Part shown: positions 35,917 to 48,100 of the stretch, in pieces | How the letters are laid out: each line of letters begins with the position of its first letter | Position numbering within the stretch: position 1 is the stretch's first letter | From: Staphylococcus phage vB_SscM-1 | Length of the DNA stretch: 64,000 nt | Sequence record: NC_047767.1 | Direction: 5' to 3' (one strand) | Notes under the pieces: generated by a model | Told to the model about the DNA's origin: nothing | What the model saw: the letters and a program-made list of their open reading frames with translations, nothing else | Database searches by the model: none | Translations under genes and position numbers: made by a program

Positions 35917-38313
35917 ATGTATAGAAAAAGAAACCCAGTATTTAGAGTAGACTTTATAACAGATGATAATAACTTCACAGTAATGTATGACAGTAGTATT
36001 AAAGTTGAAGGTTCTACTATAGAAAATAGAATAAGAAATTTCCAAACTAAAAATTCTATGCAAGATGATAGTGCTGTATTCCAAATAACGTTAGCAGGAG
36101 ATACACATTGGGATAAAATATTAACTGTAAATGATATTATGAAAATATATGTTAACCCTAATCCTGCAGATGATAACGAGGGATTAATACTTAGTGGAAT
36201 GATTTCACAGGTTTCTAAGGTAGGAGCATATGGTAACAATCAGATAACTTATAGAATAACCGGACAATCATTCTCTAAACCTTTTCTAAAGTTCGGTTTA
36301 GGGGTTATACAAGAGGTTCAAGCAGTTCTTCCTTCTACAGGTTGGTTAGTGGATGGAGACAGAATATCCTTTACAGGTAAGTCAGCTTCTGCTATAATGA
36401 AAGGTGTATTAGATGAATTTGTTCCTCTAATGAAATATAACTTTACTGATGGTAAAGATAAAGGTTTTGGAAGTATAGCTTCTCACTTTAACTGGGATAA
36501 CTTAGAAAGCTGGGAAGAATTAGAAAACCTAGCAGATGCAACTCAACTGTCTAATTTTGATGGTTCTTTAAAACAGATGATGGATTTAATAACAGCTAAA
36601 CCATTTAATGAACTATTTTTTAGAAACGGTAAGGATGATAAAACAACAGATTTAATTATGAGAAGAACACCCTTCAATCCTACTCAATGGAATGCTTTAG
36701 ATTATGAAACAGTAACTTCAGAAGATTTAATTGAAGAGGATGTAGGTAAATCAGATGTAGAAACATACTCTATATTTACAGTATTAACGCCTGAGATAGG
36801 TAAGAACCTTAACTCTAGAATGTATTCTAAACCACAATACCATAAAGACTTAGTGGATAGATATGGTTATAGTAAACTTGAAGTAGATAACATGTACGTT
36901 AATTTATCTAGTAATGGCTCCTCAGAAGATGAAGATAGTGGAGTAGATGATGATAAAGGTACACAAGTTGCTACCTATGATAAAGTAAATAATGACCTAA
37001 AGAACAAAACAAGAGAAGTTATATCTAATAATAAGACAGGATATATAAAAGAATTATCCGGTAGGTATAAAAATCTTAGAAAAGAAGAAGCTAAGAAGAT
37101 TGTTAATGAATTTGTTAAAAAAGGTAAGCTTAGTAAAGATTATTACACAAAGGTAACCGGCAATGATGAGTTCTCAGATGGTTATGAGGATACTAGACCT
37201 AGAGCTACCATAGAAGATGTTAAGAAGGTATTAAAAGAAGAATTTAAAGATGAAAAAGCTTTTGAAGGTAAAAAGAAAAAGAGTAATAAAAAGAAAGCAA
37301 CAGAAAGACTAAGTAAAGAATTCAGGTATGGTAATCCAACTCAAGCTAAGAGATTAGTAGATGAGTATGTTAAGTATAAAGGAACACCTCCTGGAGATGA
37401 AGTATACCAAAAATATGTAGATTCCTTAAAAGATATTGATAACGTAACTTCAGATACAGGAACAGATGCTACAGATAGTCCTATCCTTACATTCAGTAAG
37501 ATGTTGTTTAATTGGTATCATAATAACCCTAACTTTTATTCAGGAGATATAATTGTAGTAGGACACCATAAGTATGATTTAGGTAAAAGACTTTTTGTAG
37601 AAGATAGACAGAGAAATGATGTATGGGAATTCTATATAGAATCTGTAGAACATTCCTTTGATTTTCAAAAAGGCTATACTACTACAATAGGTGTTACTAG
37701 AGGACTAAAAGAAGCTACTATACCTGCGGGTAGTCCTCACAGATTTAAGTACTTCTGGGGTAAATCATCTGACTTTACAGGAGGTTTACTAGGAGAAAAA
37801 TCTCTAGCAGAGATGAAGAAAGAAGCAGTAGAAGCTAAGAAAAATAAAAAAGGAAGTAGTGGAGATTCAGAAGGAGCAAATGATGGAGGTTCATTATCTA
37901 AACTAGAAAAGTTTGATGGTAATTTACCTAAGTATGATTTTAAAGCTCGTGAAGGAAACCACTTTACAACATTGCAGTGTACATGGTATTGTTATAATAG
38001 ACGTGCACAGCTAGGTATAGGATTAAAGATAAGCTCTAACAATTGGTGGCATGATGCATGGAAGTGGAAAGAACGCTCTAAAGCAGATGGATACTCAGGA
38101 GGCTCTAATCCTAAACAAGGTGCAGTAGTTGTATGGCAAGCATTTACAAAAGAAGCTCCTACTAAATATGGTCACGTAGCTTTCGTTGAGAAAGTACTAG
38201 ATGGAGGAAACAAGATTAAAATATCGGAGTACAACTATAACACACCAGAAGCTTACGGAGAAAGAACAATACCTGTAACAAGTGCAATGTACTTCATATA
38301 CGATAAAGGATGA
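35917..38313 (+). CDS. tail-associated murein hydrolase with C-terminal CHAP domain
   Basis: 798 aa; C-terminal CHAP motif (FTTLQCTWYCYNRRAQLG…YGHVAFVEKV). Confidence 0.65.
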   Translation: MYRKRNPVFRVDFITDDNNFTVMYDSSIKVEGSTIENRIRNFQTKNSMQDDSAVFQITLAGDTHWDKILTVNDIMKIYVNPNPADDNEGLILSGMISQVSKVGAYGNNQITYRITGQSFSKPFLKFGLGVIQEVQAVLPSTGWLVDGDRISFTGKSASAIMKGVLDEFVPLMKYNFTDGKDKGFGSIASHFNWDNLESWEELENLADATQLSNFDGSLKQMMDLITAKPFNELFFRNGKDDKTTDLIMRRTPFNPTQWNALDYETVTSEDLIEEDVGKSDVETYSIFTVLTPEIGKNLNSRMYSKPQYHKDLVDRYGYSKLEVDNMYVNLSSNGSSEDEDSGVDDDKGTQVATYDKVNNDLKNKTREVISNNKTGYIKELSGRYKNLRKEEAKKIVNEFVKKGKLSKDYYTKVTGNDEFSDGYEDTRPRATIEDVKKVLKEEFKDEKAFEGKKKKSNKKKATERLSKEFRYGNPTQAKRLVDEYVKYKGTPPGDEVYQKYVDSLKDIDNVTSDTGTDATDSPILTFSKMLFNWYHNNPNFYSGDIIVVGHHKYDLGKRLFVEDRQRNDVWEFYIESVEHSFDFQKGYTTTIGVTRGLKEATIPAGSPHRFKYFWGKSSDFTGGLLGEKSLAEMKKEAVEAKKNKKGSSGDSEGANDGGSLSKLEKFDGNLPKYDFKAREGNHFTTLQCTWYCYNRRAQLGIGLKISSNNWWHDAWKWKERSKADGYSGGSNPKQGAVVVWQAFTKEAPTKYGHVAFVEKVLDGGNKIKISEYNYNTPEAYGERTIPVTSAMYFIYDKG

Positions 38314-39196
38314 TTATGTGAAAACAGTAGAAGATGCTAAAAAAATAGTAATTAAATTTATTAATAACATAGCTGTATTTGATGAGTTGACTACTTCTAT
38401 TATTGAACAACGTGATGCTGAGTTAGTTGATTACACCAGTGATTATGTGTATGAAAGGGTCTCTGGTGTTAGACCATATGAAGGTGTTATTGAAAGAATA
38501 GAAGTTTTTAATATAGACTTTGAAGATATACAGGATAATATTAGTAATATAGATATGGTAGTTTCTTTTAGAAAGAAGATATACCAAGTAGATAGAGATA
38601 AAAATGTTGGAGATACAATTGTAACACTTAATTTACAGCTAAAACTGGAAAATGACAAATGGATTATAGATAACTACGAGCAAGAACAAGATGTGTTATA
38701 TGCAGATTATTTTCAGTATGAAGAGGATGAAGAAGAATTACCCACATCTATTACAATAGCAAGATACTTAATTGATAACTATAATGATTTTACAAATATT
38801 AAGTATATGTTTAAAGGTAAACCTACTGAAAATCCTTTTGAAACAGATAAAGATATCTATATAGATTCCTTTAATATACTTTATTGGTTATATCTCAAGG
38901 AGGGTGTAGAATTAGACTACCCTCTTACAGTAGATAGTTTATTAATTAGCTCTAAGTTTATTGAAGTGTTTAAAAAAGGACATAAGTATGAATTCAACAT
39001 AGAGAAACTATCAAGAGGAGATATACTTTTCTTTGGTAAAAGTGATGTATCTGTTGGAATATATACAGGTGAAAATACTTTTATATCTGTAAGAGGAAAG
39101 TTCCCTAAAGATAATAAGGGATTAGATTTATTTAAGTTAGATGAGTATTGGGAAGAATTTAATGGTAGAGTATTAAGGTATGGAGGTGACATTTAA
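38282..39196 (+). CDS. tail-associated protein (possible peptidase-like C-terminal region)
   Basis: 304-aa ORF overlapping the upstream stop. GTG at 38318 with RBS aaagga is an alternative start. Confidence 0.4.
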   Translation: MQCTSYTIKDDYVKTVEDAKKIVIKFINNIAVFDELTTSIIEQRDAELVDYTSDYVYERVSGVRPYEGVIERIEVFNIDFEDIQDNISNIDMVVSFRKKIYQVDRDKNVGDTIVTLNLQLKLENDKWIIDNYEQEQDVLYADYFQYEEDEEELPTSITIARYLIDNYNDFTNIKYMFKGKPTENPFETDKDIYIDSFNILYWLYLKEGVELDYPLTVDSLLISSKFIEVFKKGHKYEFNIEKLSRGDILFFGKSDVSVGIYTGENTFISVRGKFPKDNKGLDLFKLDEYWEEFNGRVLRYGGDI

Positions 39197-42018
39197 TGAC
39201 ATTAAGAACTCAAGCATCTTTAGGTAAAGGTTTAAAGGAAGTAGAAAAAGATGATTTTAATATGAATAACCTTTTTCTTGCAACCATTACAAAGGTAAAT
39301 TACAAATACCAAACAGTAGAACTGAGAACAAAGTACACCTATGCAGGTAGGAATATAGGGTCTAAAGGAGAATTCTCTGCACCCTTCCCTAAATCATTCA
39401 TAGGTAGAACTCCAGAAGGAGCCTTATTTGGAGATAACAATATTATAGTACCAGGCTCTATTGCTTTAGTAGGATTCTTAGAAGGGGATGCAGGACAACC
39501 TTTTATTATAAATGTTTATGGTTACGCTAATGATAACAAGATGCTAACACCTAACCCACTAGAGAGTGGAGATATAAACAATAGAGAGATATATAAATAT
39601 GGTAGTATGATTCATCAGATAAGTCCATCCCTTACTTATAGTTACTTAGATGGAGAAGGTACGTTTATAAAATCTTTTAATGGTAAATCATTTATTTCAA
39701 TAACTTCACAAGAGGATGAGAGACCTTTAGCAACTGATTTTTATACAGGTACGGAATACGAAGATTTATATACTTCTTATTACGGTGATGGTTCAGAAGT
39801 AGAACCTAGAAATCAAATAGCTCCTAATGTATTGTTAAAACATAGAGGAGAGTATACACATGATGGAGAAGAAGATAACCATATAACTACTTTACATCTA
39901 ACAGAAAAGGGAGCGGTAAGGGTATCAGTAATGAATACTGAGACACAAGAACGTACCACTCAAGAGATGGATGAAAATGGAAATTATAGAGTTATATACC
40001 AAGGAGATGAACTACTTCTTGATGAAGCCCAAGTATGGGTAGAATATGGAATAAACAAAGATACTAAATCATTCTATATTAAGAACGAAAACCAAGAATT
40101 TGAATTTACAGATGAAGGTGTACTTATTAATGGAACACCCTTAATAGACAACCTAGATGAGAGTCTACAAGAAGCCTTTGAACAACTTAAAGTTATACAA
40201 AAAGATTTAGAAGATATTAATAGCCTTTTAGAAGGGGCGGGCAAAGAGAATCTAGAAGAGCTAATAAGAACAGCTAAGGACTCTATAGAAGCATCCGGAC
40301 AAGCTAGTAGAGATGTAGAGAAACTAAGAGGAGACATATCTACAGTATCTCAAAGAGTAGAAGGTAATATTAAAAAGCTAGATGACTATATGAAAACAAT
40401 GGATGACTTTGTAAAAGATACAAATAGTTTTATAACAGAGTACACAGGGTCATTAGATAATGTTAAAAGAGATGTTACAACAATTTCCAACAATGAAAAC
40501 AAGTATAGACACACAACATATAGAGACATAAAGATACATGCAGATTTACCTTTTAAATTTGAGGGTTATGATGATTTAAGAAATCAAAATGGTGTTTCTT
40601 ATTATTATCCACAAGGACTATGTTTAGATGATGATTACTATTATTTCTTACATGATACACCGGAACTTGTTAATAGACTATTAGTTATATATGATAAATC
40701 ATTTAATATTGTTAGAAAGTATTATGTAGGATTTCATGGTGGAGAAAATATACATGTAGAAAAAGAAGGGGATAAAAGATACCTTTATGCTAAAACTAGA
40801 GTAGGTAAAATAGGTAAGTTCGACATTAGTAACATTACTAAAAGTTCAGATACAATAGAATTACAACCAGTACAAGAGTATGATGTAGTATTATATACTA
40901 ACTTCTTTAGAACAAAAGAAGGTTGGGGATTTGAGGGGAATAATAATACTAAAGGTGGTAATCTACAAAGAGACACGTTAGTATTTTATAATCATGATTT
41001 TAGTAAAATAACAGGTACACTATGGATACCACCAAGTAACTCTACTTTATGGTCTAATACTCTTATAGGTAGTATAACTAATTATAGTGCTAAGAAACAA
41101 GGAATGGCACTTATAAATAATACTATCGTTCAAACTTTAGGTGGTAACTACATGATAAGTAGAGACAAAGAAGTACACAATTACCACTTACAAGGTGTAC
41201 AAGAAATTAGTCCAAGTGGTCAAATTATGAATGACTACACTTATCACCCACAACAAATGATAGATTACTTAAAGAGTATTGGTAAGAACCCTTATGTTAT
41301 AGAACATGAAAGTGCCTATAATTATAAAAATAGACTATTTTCAGTTATTGTGTATGTAAAAGCAAGTTCACCGGAGGCTACTACTAAAGGTATACTTGTA
41401 GTAGAGTATGGGGCTAAAGATAAAGACACTACTATGAATAAGGATTATGGTATACCATTTACTGCACCTACTGCTAATTACAATCCATATAAAACTAATA
41501 TTAATGGTTATATCTATAATGAGTATACAGGATTTAAGATAGAAACTATGAAAGATTTAGTCAAGTACATGCATGAAACGTACCAAGATAAAATAGTTAT
41601 ATACACGTCAAATACTAGTTTGAAAGATTATAATGATATCCCTTACCCAAATGGAATGAAAATAACATTAGAGAATTTAAATAACTACACTTACTTTTTA
41701 ACAGAAGAAAGTAACCCATTAGTAGAGAGATTTATTATAACTAAAGATAGTAATGATAATTTTAACTTTATAAATATGAATAAAGATAATAGATATACCG
41801 GAATAGATTTACTTAACATAGAAAAAAGTATAAAAGGATATTCTATAAATACGGTAAACATTCCAGAAAATGTATCTGCAAGTGGTTGGTTTAACTCTAG
41901 TGTAGAAGTTTCATCTAAAAAAGTAACTTACCAACCGTATGATAGTTATGATACCTATTTAAATATATATCATACAAATTCATGGCAAGGTTGGAAAAAA
42001 ATAACAATGGTAGAGTAA
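39196..42018 (+). CDS. large tail/baseplate protein with glycerophosphodiester-phosphodiesterase-like region
   Basis: 940 aa. It contains the HRG motif (…LLKHRGEYTHDG…) characteristic of GDPD enzymes. Its position matches the GDPD virion protein of Twort-like staphylococcal phages. Confidence 0.45.
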   Translation: MTLRTQASLGKGLKEVEKDDFNMNNLFLATITKVNYKYQTVELRTKYTYAGRNIGSKGEFSAPFPKSFIGRTPEGALFGDNNIIVPGSIALVGFLEGDAGQPFIINVYGYANDNKMLTPNPLESGDINNREIYKYGSMIHQISPSLTYSYLDGEGTFIKSFNGKSFISITSQEDERPLATDFYTGTEYEDLYTSYYGDGSEVEPRNQIAPNVLLKHRGEYTHDGEEDNHITTLHLTEKGAVRVSVMNTETQERTTQEMDENGNYRVIYQGDELLLDEAQVWVEYGINKDTKSFYIKNENQEFEFTDEGVLINGTPLIDNLDESLQEAFEQLKVIQKDLEDINSLLEGAGKENLEELIRTAKDSIEASGQASRDVEKLRGDISTVSQRVEGNIKKLDDYMKTMDDFVKDTNSFITEYTGSLDNVKRDVTTISNNENKYRHTTYRDIKIHADLPFKFEGYDDLRNQNGVSYYYPQGLCLDDDYYYFLHDTPELVNRLLVIYDKSFNIVRKYYVGFHGGENIHVEKEGDKRYLYAKTRVGKIGKFDISNITKSSDTIELQPVQEYDVVLYTNFFRTKEGWGFEGNNNTKGGNLQRDTLVFYNHDFSKITGTLWIPPSNSTLWSNTLIGSITNYSAKKQGMALINNTIVQTLGGNYMISRDKEVHNYHLQGVQEISPSGQIMNDYTYHPQQMIDYLKSIGKNPYVIEHESAYNYKNRLFSVIVYVKASSPEATTKGILVVEYGAKDKDTTMNKDYGIPFTAPTANYNPYKTNINGYIYNEYTGFKIETMKDLVKYMHETYQDKIVIYTSNTSLKDYNDIPYPNGMKITLENLNNYTYFLTEESNPLVERFIITKDSNDNFNFINMNKDNRYTGIDLLNIEKSIKGYSINTVNIPENVSASGWFNSSVEVSSKKVTYQPYDSYDTYLNIYHTNSWQGWKKITMVE

Positions 42019-42042
42019 GGGTAAAACCTTACTCTTTTTTTA
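42012..42042 (+). terminator. rho-independent terminator
   Basis: Stem agagtaagg/ccttactct with loop gtaaaa followed by T7. The stop codon is inside the stem. Confidence 0.55.
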
Positions 42043-42074
42043 TAGGTGCTGTTATATTAATTATGACAAAGTAG

Positions 42075-42103
42075 TTGCACATTTAAAAGATATATGATAT
42101 AAT
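42075..42103 (+). promoter_or_regulatory. promoter TTGCAC-N17-TATAAT
   Basis: -35 at 42075..42080 and -10 at 42098..42103, upstream of the baseplate gene block. Confidence 0.5.
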
Positions 42104-42129
42104 ATATCTATGTAAAGGAGAAATGAATT

Positions 42130-42888
42130 ATGCCACAAGCAGATGGAAAGCACCAACTAAGTAGATTTGTTATCCAGTTCCCAGAAGAAGGGGATAATGG
42201 TTGGTATAGATTTAAAGTAAATCCTGAAAACTATACTTATGAGAAACCTCAGCGTTCTACTATACTTAAAACTAAATCTGATATTGTAGTAGAAGACTAT
42301 GGTAAAGATATAGAAGTTATAAACTTCTCAGGTACTACAGGTTTTAGAAGTATTAAAGAAGGTAATAAAACAAAAAATGGTAAACAAAAATTAGATGATT
42401 TAGTAGACTTAGTAGACAAATATGCTAAATCAGGAGGAAGTGGAAATAGACAGCAAAAGAGTATTATATTTTATAATATGACAGATGGTGTGTATAAAAA
42501 GGTTCACTTAGCTCCACAAGGTATTAAGATTTCTAGAAGTGTTAACGAGCCTTTATTATACAGGTATGATATTACTTTACTAGTATTAGGAGAAGCTTTT
42601 GAACCAGATAGAGGTTCTATATCTGACCCAGAGTTTGGTAATTTAACACCTAGTAATGAACAGAGTTTACAGAATAAATTAATAGATATGTTTGCACCTG
42701 CACAAGAAGCTAGAAAATATACAACTAACGCAGGACTGACAACAGATAGGGTAACACCTAAAACATATTCACAGACAAGTAACGGTAAACCTGTTTCTAA
42801 TCCTAGAACAGCAACTAATGGCTTATCAAGTACATTAAATAACATGTCTTTAATAATAGGATATGGTAATGGAGGTATAAAATATTAA
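42130..42888 (+). CDS. putative baseplate protein
   Basis: 252-aa ORF, first gene after the promoter. Confidence 0.4.
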   Translation: MPQADGKHQLSRFVIQFPEEGDNGWYRFKVNPENYTYEKPQRSTILKTKSDIVVEDYGKDIEVINFSGTTGFRSIKEGNKTKNGKQKLDDLVDLVDKYAKSGGSGNRQQKSIIFYNMTDGVYKKVHLAPQGIKISRSVNEPLLYRYDITLLVLGEAFEPDRGSISDPEFGNLTPSNEQSLQNKLIDMFAPAQEARKYTTNAGLTTDRVTPKTYSQTSNGKPVSNPRTATNGLSSTLNNMSLIIGYGNGGIKY

Positions 42889-43412
42889 TGGAACACAAAG
42901 TAGAACAAACATCCGGTTTATTAAGATTTTTAAATTCAATACAAACAGATGGTTCATCTATACAGTATAACATATTAGACGAAGAAACTACTTTTGTTTC
43001 TAAATTTTATACGCCTAACTTACAATTGAGTGAACTATCTAAGAAAGTACTATATGATATACAGAATAACAATATTAAAACAGCAGAACAAGATTTTAAT
43101 ATAGATTCTATGGTGAACAAGATAGAGAAAACAACATTAAAAGTACAGGCACCAAGAATATACAGAATAATGCAAAACATTGTTCTAGAGGCGTATGCTA
43201 TTATAAACTGTTTTTTAGAAAACCCAGAATCTTTAAAGTACCTAACATCTACAGACATAATGATTGCAAGAGAAAACATTAATTATATAGCAGATTTTCT
43301 AAGTGATTATGATGAGTATAGAAGTGTTATTACAGACCTAAGAGAACTGGAAATTTGTTTTGGATACTTAGAGTACCAACTACCTTTAATAAAGAAAGAA
43401 AGTGAAGTATAA
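42888..43412 (+). CDS. putative baseplate assembly protein
   Basis: 174 aa; translationally coupled. Confidence 0.35.
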   Translation: MEHKVEQTSGLLRFLNSIQTDGSSIQYNILDEETTFVSKFYTPNLQLSELSKKVLYDIQNNNIKTAEQDFNIDSMVNKIEKTTLKVQAPRIYRIMQNIVLEAYAIINCFLENPESLKYLTSTDIMIARENINYIADFLSDYDEYRSVITDLRELEICFGYLEYQLPLIKKESEV

Positions 43413-44113
43413 TGAGATTTAGAAAACATGTAATTCAATACGGAGATACAATGCAATCTATAGCTCAATATTATTACAATAATGTAGGTGCTTGGATAGA
43501 ATTGATAGAACATAACAATTTAAAATACCCTTATATAGTGGATGATGAAGTATTAAAGAACAAAGACCCAGAAAGACTTGTAACAATAGGAGACACAATT
43601 ATTATACCTACAGAAGAGGCTTTATCTGATGTAGTATTACAAGACATATCTGCTAAGGATAGAGATGCATTATTAGAGCTATCTTTTGGAAGAGACCTAA
43701 ATATAACAAGAGACGAAGGGTACTTTAATGAAAGAGGTACTAGTGACGAGATATTAGGATTTACAGGAACTTCAGGAGACTTAGATACTGTTACAGGAAT
43801 AGGTAATATTAAACAACAATTACAGACAAGACTTTTAACACCTAGAGGTTCTTTAATGTTACACCCTGATTATGGCTCGGACTTACATGAGTTGTTTGGA
43901 AAGAATATTCCAGAGCAAGCTGTACTTATAGAGATGGAAGTATGTAGAACAATATTGTCAGATGGAAGAGTACAGTCCGCTAATAACATAGACTGGAAGA
44001 TAGAGGGTAATGAATACTCAGGAACTTACAGTGTAGAACTAAAATCAGTAGAAGAATCAATAAGACTTGTATTAGAAGCAGATGAAACAGGTGTGTTTGC
44101 TCTATTTGAATAG
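43412..44113 (+). CDS. baseplate protein with N-terminal LysM-like motif
   Basis: HVIQYGDTMQSIAQYYYNNVGAWIELIEHNNL resembles a LysM fold signature. Confidence 0.4.
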   Translation: MRFRKHVIQYGDTMQSIAQYYYNNVGAWIELIEHNNLKYPYIVDDEVLKNKDPERLVTIGDTIIIPTEEALSDVVLQDISAKDRDALLELSFGRDLNITRDEGYFNERGTSDEILGFTGTSGDLDTVTGIGNIKQQLQTRLLTPRGSLMLHPDYGSDLHELFGKNIPEQAVLIEMEVCRTILSDGRVQSANNIDWKIEGNEYSGTYSVELKSVEESIRLVLEADETGVFALFE

Positions 44114-44128
44114 GAAGGGATAAAAGAC

Positions 44129-45175
44129 ATGAAAACTAGAAAACTAACACATATACTATCTAGGATGATAGATAAAACAATGATATCTACTAGTAAACTA
44201 ACAGACTTCACACCCGGTTCAGCGGTAAGGTCTTTACTAGAGGCTGTATCATTAGAGATAGAACAGTTTTATATATTAACAAAAGAAAATATTGAATGGG
44301 GAATAGAAGAGGGTATTATAGAGGCTTTTGACTTTGATAAGAGGCAAGAAAGAAGAGCCTATGGAGAAGTTACTTTAACATTCTATAATCCTTTAGAAGA
44401 AAGAATGTACATACCGAAAGGAACAACATTTTCTTCTACTAGACAACAGTACTCCCAACAATTTGAAACACTTGTAGACTACTATGTATCAGAAGGTTCT
44501 ACAGATGCTATTGTAGAAGTCTATGCTAAAGAACCAGGTATAATAGGTAATGTACCAGAAGATACAATTAATGTCATGTCTTCTGCTTCTACGCTCATTA
44601 AATCTGTAACCAATGAATACTCATTCTCTACAGGACAAGAACAAGAGACACAAGAAGAGTTAAAAAGAAGATTCCATGCATATGTAGAATCAAGAGGTAG
44701 AGCTACAAATAAATCTATTAGATATGGTACATTACAAGTACCAGATGTTACAGGTGTATATGTACATGAAGAAGTAGGATATGTTAATGTATATGCACAT
44801 GATAAAAATGGTAATCTACCTATAGAAATGAGACAGGATATTATATCATCTATAGAGGACTATAGACCTAGTGGTATTAAATTAGATGTAACACCGGTAG
44901 TAAAATTAGATACAGATGTTACAGTTAAAGTTACAATATCTAATAAAGCAAGAATAGGAGAATCATTACAATTACACGTAGAGAGTGTTATAAGAGGTTA
45001 TTTAAATAATATGGGTGTATCTGATAACTTTGTACTAGCTGACTTAACACAAGCTATTATGAATATCGATGACATACTTATATACGATGTAAGTTTTACA
45101 ACACCTCAAAGTAATATTACAACTAAACCAGAAGAAATTATAAGAGCAGGAAAAATATCAGTAGAGCTTGTATAA
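44129..45175 (+). CDS. putative baseplate J-like protein
   Basis: 348 aa; position and size in the baseplate module. Confidence 0.35.
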   Translation: MKTRKLTHILSRMIDKTMISTSKLTDFTPGSAVRSLLEAVSLEIEQFYILTKENIEWGIEEGIIEAFDFDKRQERRAYGEVTLTFYNPLEERMYIPKGTTFSSTRQQYSQQFETLVDYYVSEGSTDAIVEVYAKEPGIIGNVPEDTINVMSSASTLIKSVTNEYSFSTGQEQETQEELKRRFHAYVESRGRATNKSIRYGTLQVPDVTGVYVHEEVGYVNVYAHDKNGNLPIEMRQDIISSIEDYRPSGIKLDVTPVVKLDTDVTVKVTISNKARIGESLQLHVESVIRGYLNNMGVSDNFVLADLTQAIMNIDDILIYDVSFTTPQSNITTKPEEIIRAGKISVELV

Positions 45176-45187
45176 GGAGGATAAAAT

Positions 45188-48100
45188 GTGAGTAATTTTT
45201 TAAAAAATCTACATCCATTATTAAGACGTAAGAAAAACCCTAAAGATAATGAAGATGTAAACTACGCTTTGATTAAAGTGTTAAATGAAGAAATGAATTT
45301 AATAGAGCAAGATGCTATTGAGAGTAAACTACAATCCTCCCTTAAATCTTCTACAGGTACTTATTTAGATAACTTCGGAGATTGGTTTGGAGTGTATCGT
45401 AAAAAAGACGAAGATGATGAGAAATATAGAGCTAGAATTATTAAATATTTACTCTTGAAAAGAGGAACAAATAATGCTATAATAGAAGCTATAAAGGATT
45501 ACCTAGAAGATAGTAATGTAGACGTTAGTATTTATGAACCTTTTAGAAACATCTTTTATACAAACAAATCACACTTAAATGGTCATGACCATTTAATGGG
45601 TTACTACTACAACTTTGCTATTATTAATGTTTCTATCGGAAGCTATTTCCCTATGGAGATTGTAGATGTTATAAATGAATTTAAGCCAGCAGGTGTAAAG
45701 TTCTATGTAACATACGATGGAGGAGGTACTAATACAGGTAACTCAGTTATTAAGGTTCTAGATGAACCAGTTAGTATTGATGTATACCAAAATATAGATA
45801 GACTTAGCGGGTACTCTGAAACTTTTTACGGTCATATTAATATGGGATTAAGAAAAGTTAGTTATGACAGTAAAACAGATATATTTAAAACCAATAATAG
45901 TAAAATTAATAGTAATGATGTGTTAACAGGTTCCTCTAGTATAGGTAGAGCATTTCATAACTACGCATACAAGACAAACTTTGTATATAATCCTACTAGA
46001 ACATCTACTGTATCCGAGATACAAAAGGTACTAGATGAAAAAGGTAGAGAGTTACCTTTAGAATATTATATCAATACCACAGAAAAGAATAGAGCATCAG
46101 TATACCTAGATATAGAGTCTACAACAGGTACATCTTTTATATATAATAACTTAAATTTAAGAGAATACTTTAGCCAGTACAAACCGGAATTACTACAAGG
46201 GGATACACAGGATATTAAAAATGCTATATCTTCTTATGTAGGAGTAGCAACATTTGATTTATTCATGGAGGCTTTAATTTCTCCTGATGATGTTGTATCT
46301 ACACAAACACAAGTATTTGATTTCTCAATAGGTAAATGGGTAACAATAAATAGTAGTGAAATAACTTATGGTATGAAAAATGTAGGAGCAGAGCTAGGAT
46401 ATATAAAAGACTACATGAATAATGAGCTTAACATGTTCACAAGAGTTTCTATAGCATCTTCAAGTGATGTCACAGTTAATATAAATTATCTAGACCTACT
46501 ATTTTACCATTATACACCAGATGTTTATACAGTTAAACCTTATAAAGGTCTAATAGAGTACTATATAGAACTAGATAGGTTAAGTTATGTAGACGCTTTT
46601 AAAGTAGCTTCATTAAACAATGGGGATATCATTTCAAAAGTAGGATATGAACCTATGGGGTATGTTAGGGTAGTTGGAGAGTCTAATGAGCCTAAAAATA
46701 TAATTCATATAAACGATACAGCAGAGCCTCCAATACCTGTGTATGAATTTCAAATAATAACTGATGAAAATGATGTATTTAATTATAGGGATACTAAATA
46801 TTTAATTGAGTTTGATATAGCAGGAGAAGATGCTAGTTTTGTGAAAGATTTATATGTTTACCCTGCTTTTATTTTAGAAGACTTTAGTGATTATAGTATA
46901 ATAAATAGTACAGGTGCTAAAGTATCTATTACTAATACTAAAGGTAGAGCTATAGTAGAAGTTCCTAGTTATGTAGATTTTGAAAAGTATACCAAGATGT
47001 TTATTCAACTAAGTACTTATAATTATCAAGAAAGAGAAGACTTAAAACCAGGTGAAGTAATATATGCAGAGCCATATAAAATAAGTTTTAATAACATTAC
47101 AGTTCAAGATATTTATGAAAGTACAGACCAAGCACCAGACCCAACAACTAGAATAAATAATGCTTTTGTTGATAATAGAACAATAGACGGTACACCAGGT
47201 AGAGGGAACTCAGGACAAGATGGTAATATCTTGCATAATGAAGCCTATACTCTTAAAACACCAGGAGTTTACAACCCTAAAGAGTATAAGATACTAGATA
47301 ATATAACTTTTAGAAAACCTATTGAAACTGGTAAAACCTACACAGTCCAAATTAAAGGTAAGTTAGGTTCTGATAGGACTGGGTGGGGTGTATATAACTC
47401 TAGTGGGTATATGAATGAACTATATGGAAATGGTAGTGGTACTATTAATGAAAACGACTATAATCCAAAAACTGGGATATATACTAAAACATTTGTAGCC
47501 CCTGAACCAGACCCTACAACTGGTAATCATAGAGAACGATTAAATACGGATATAGAAATATATCAATTCCCTAAAAGTGGAACTAGTCAAAGTACAATAG
47601 AATGGATAAAGATAGAAGAGGGTTCACAAGCTACTAAAGCAGGGTACCAGTTTGCTTATTATACAATGGCTTATTTACCTAAAGGTGAATACGATATATA
47701 TTATAAAGCAAAGGTAGAGGTACAAGAAGGGGAATTAGATATGGTAACCATACTAGATTTCCCTAATACTATAACAAACACAGACCCTAAATTTTTCGTA
47801 CCAATAGAAAATGGATATGTAAAAGGTAAGATATCTGTAAACCGTACAGACACCGAAGGTAGATTACTAATATATGCCGGACTAGCAGGAGCAACAGCAG
47901 GGAATAAGATTAGGTTCAGTGAGTTAGAGGTTTACTATTCTACAGACCCCGTAGGATATGTAGAGAACGAGATTATATTAAAAGATTCCTCTGGAAATAT
48001 ATTACCTACAGAAAAAGTTTACACAGAATATACCACACCTAATAGTGTATATAATGGTCAAAAAACTTATAATTACTCTGTTATGTTGCATGGTTCTTAT

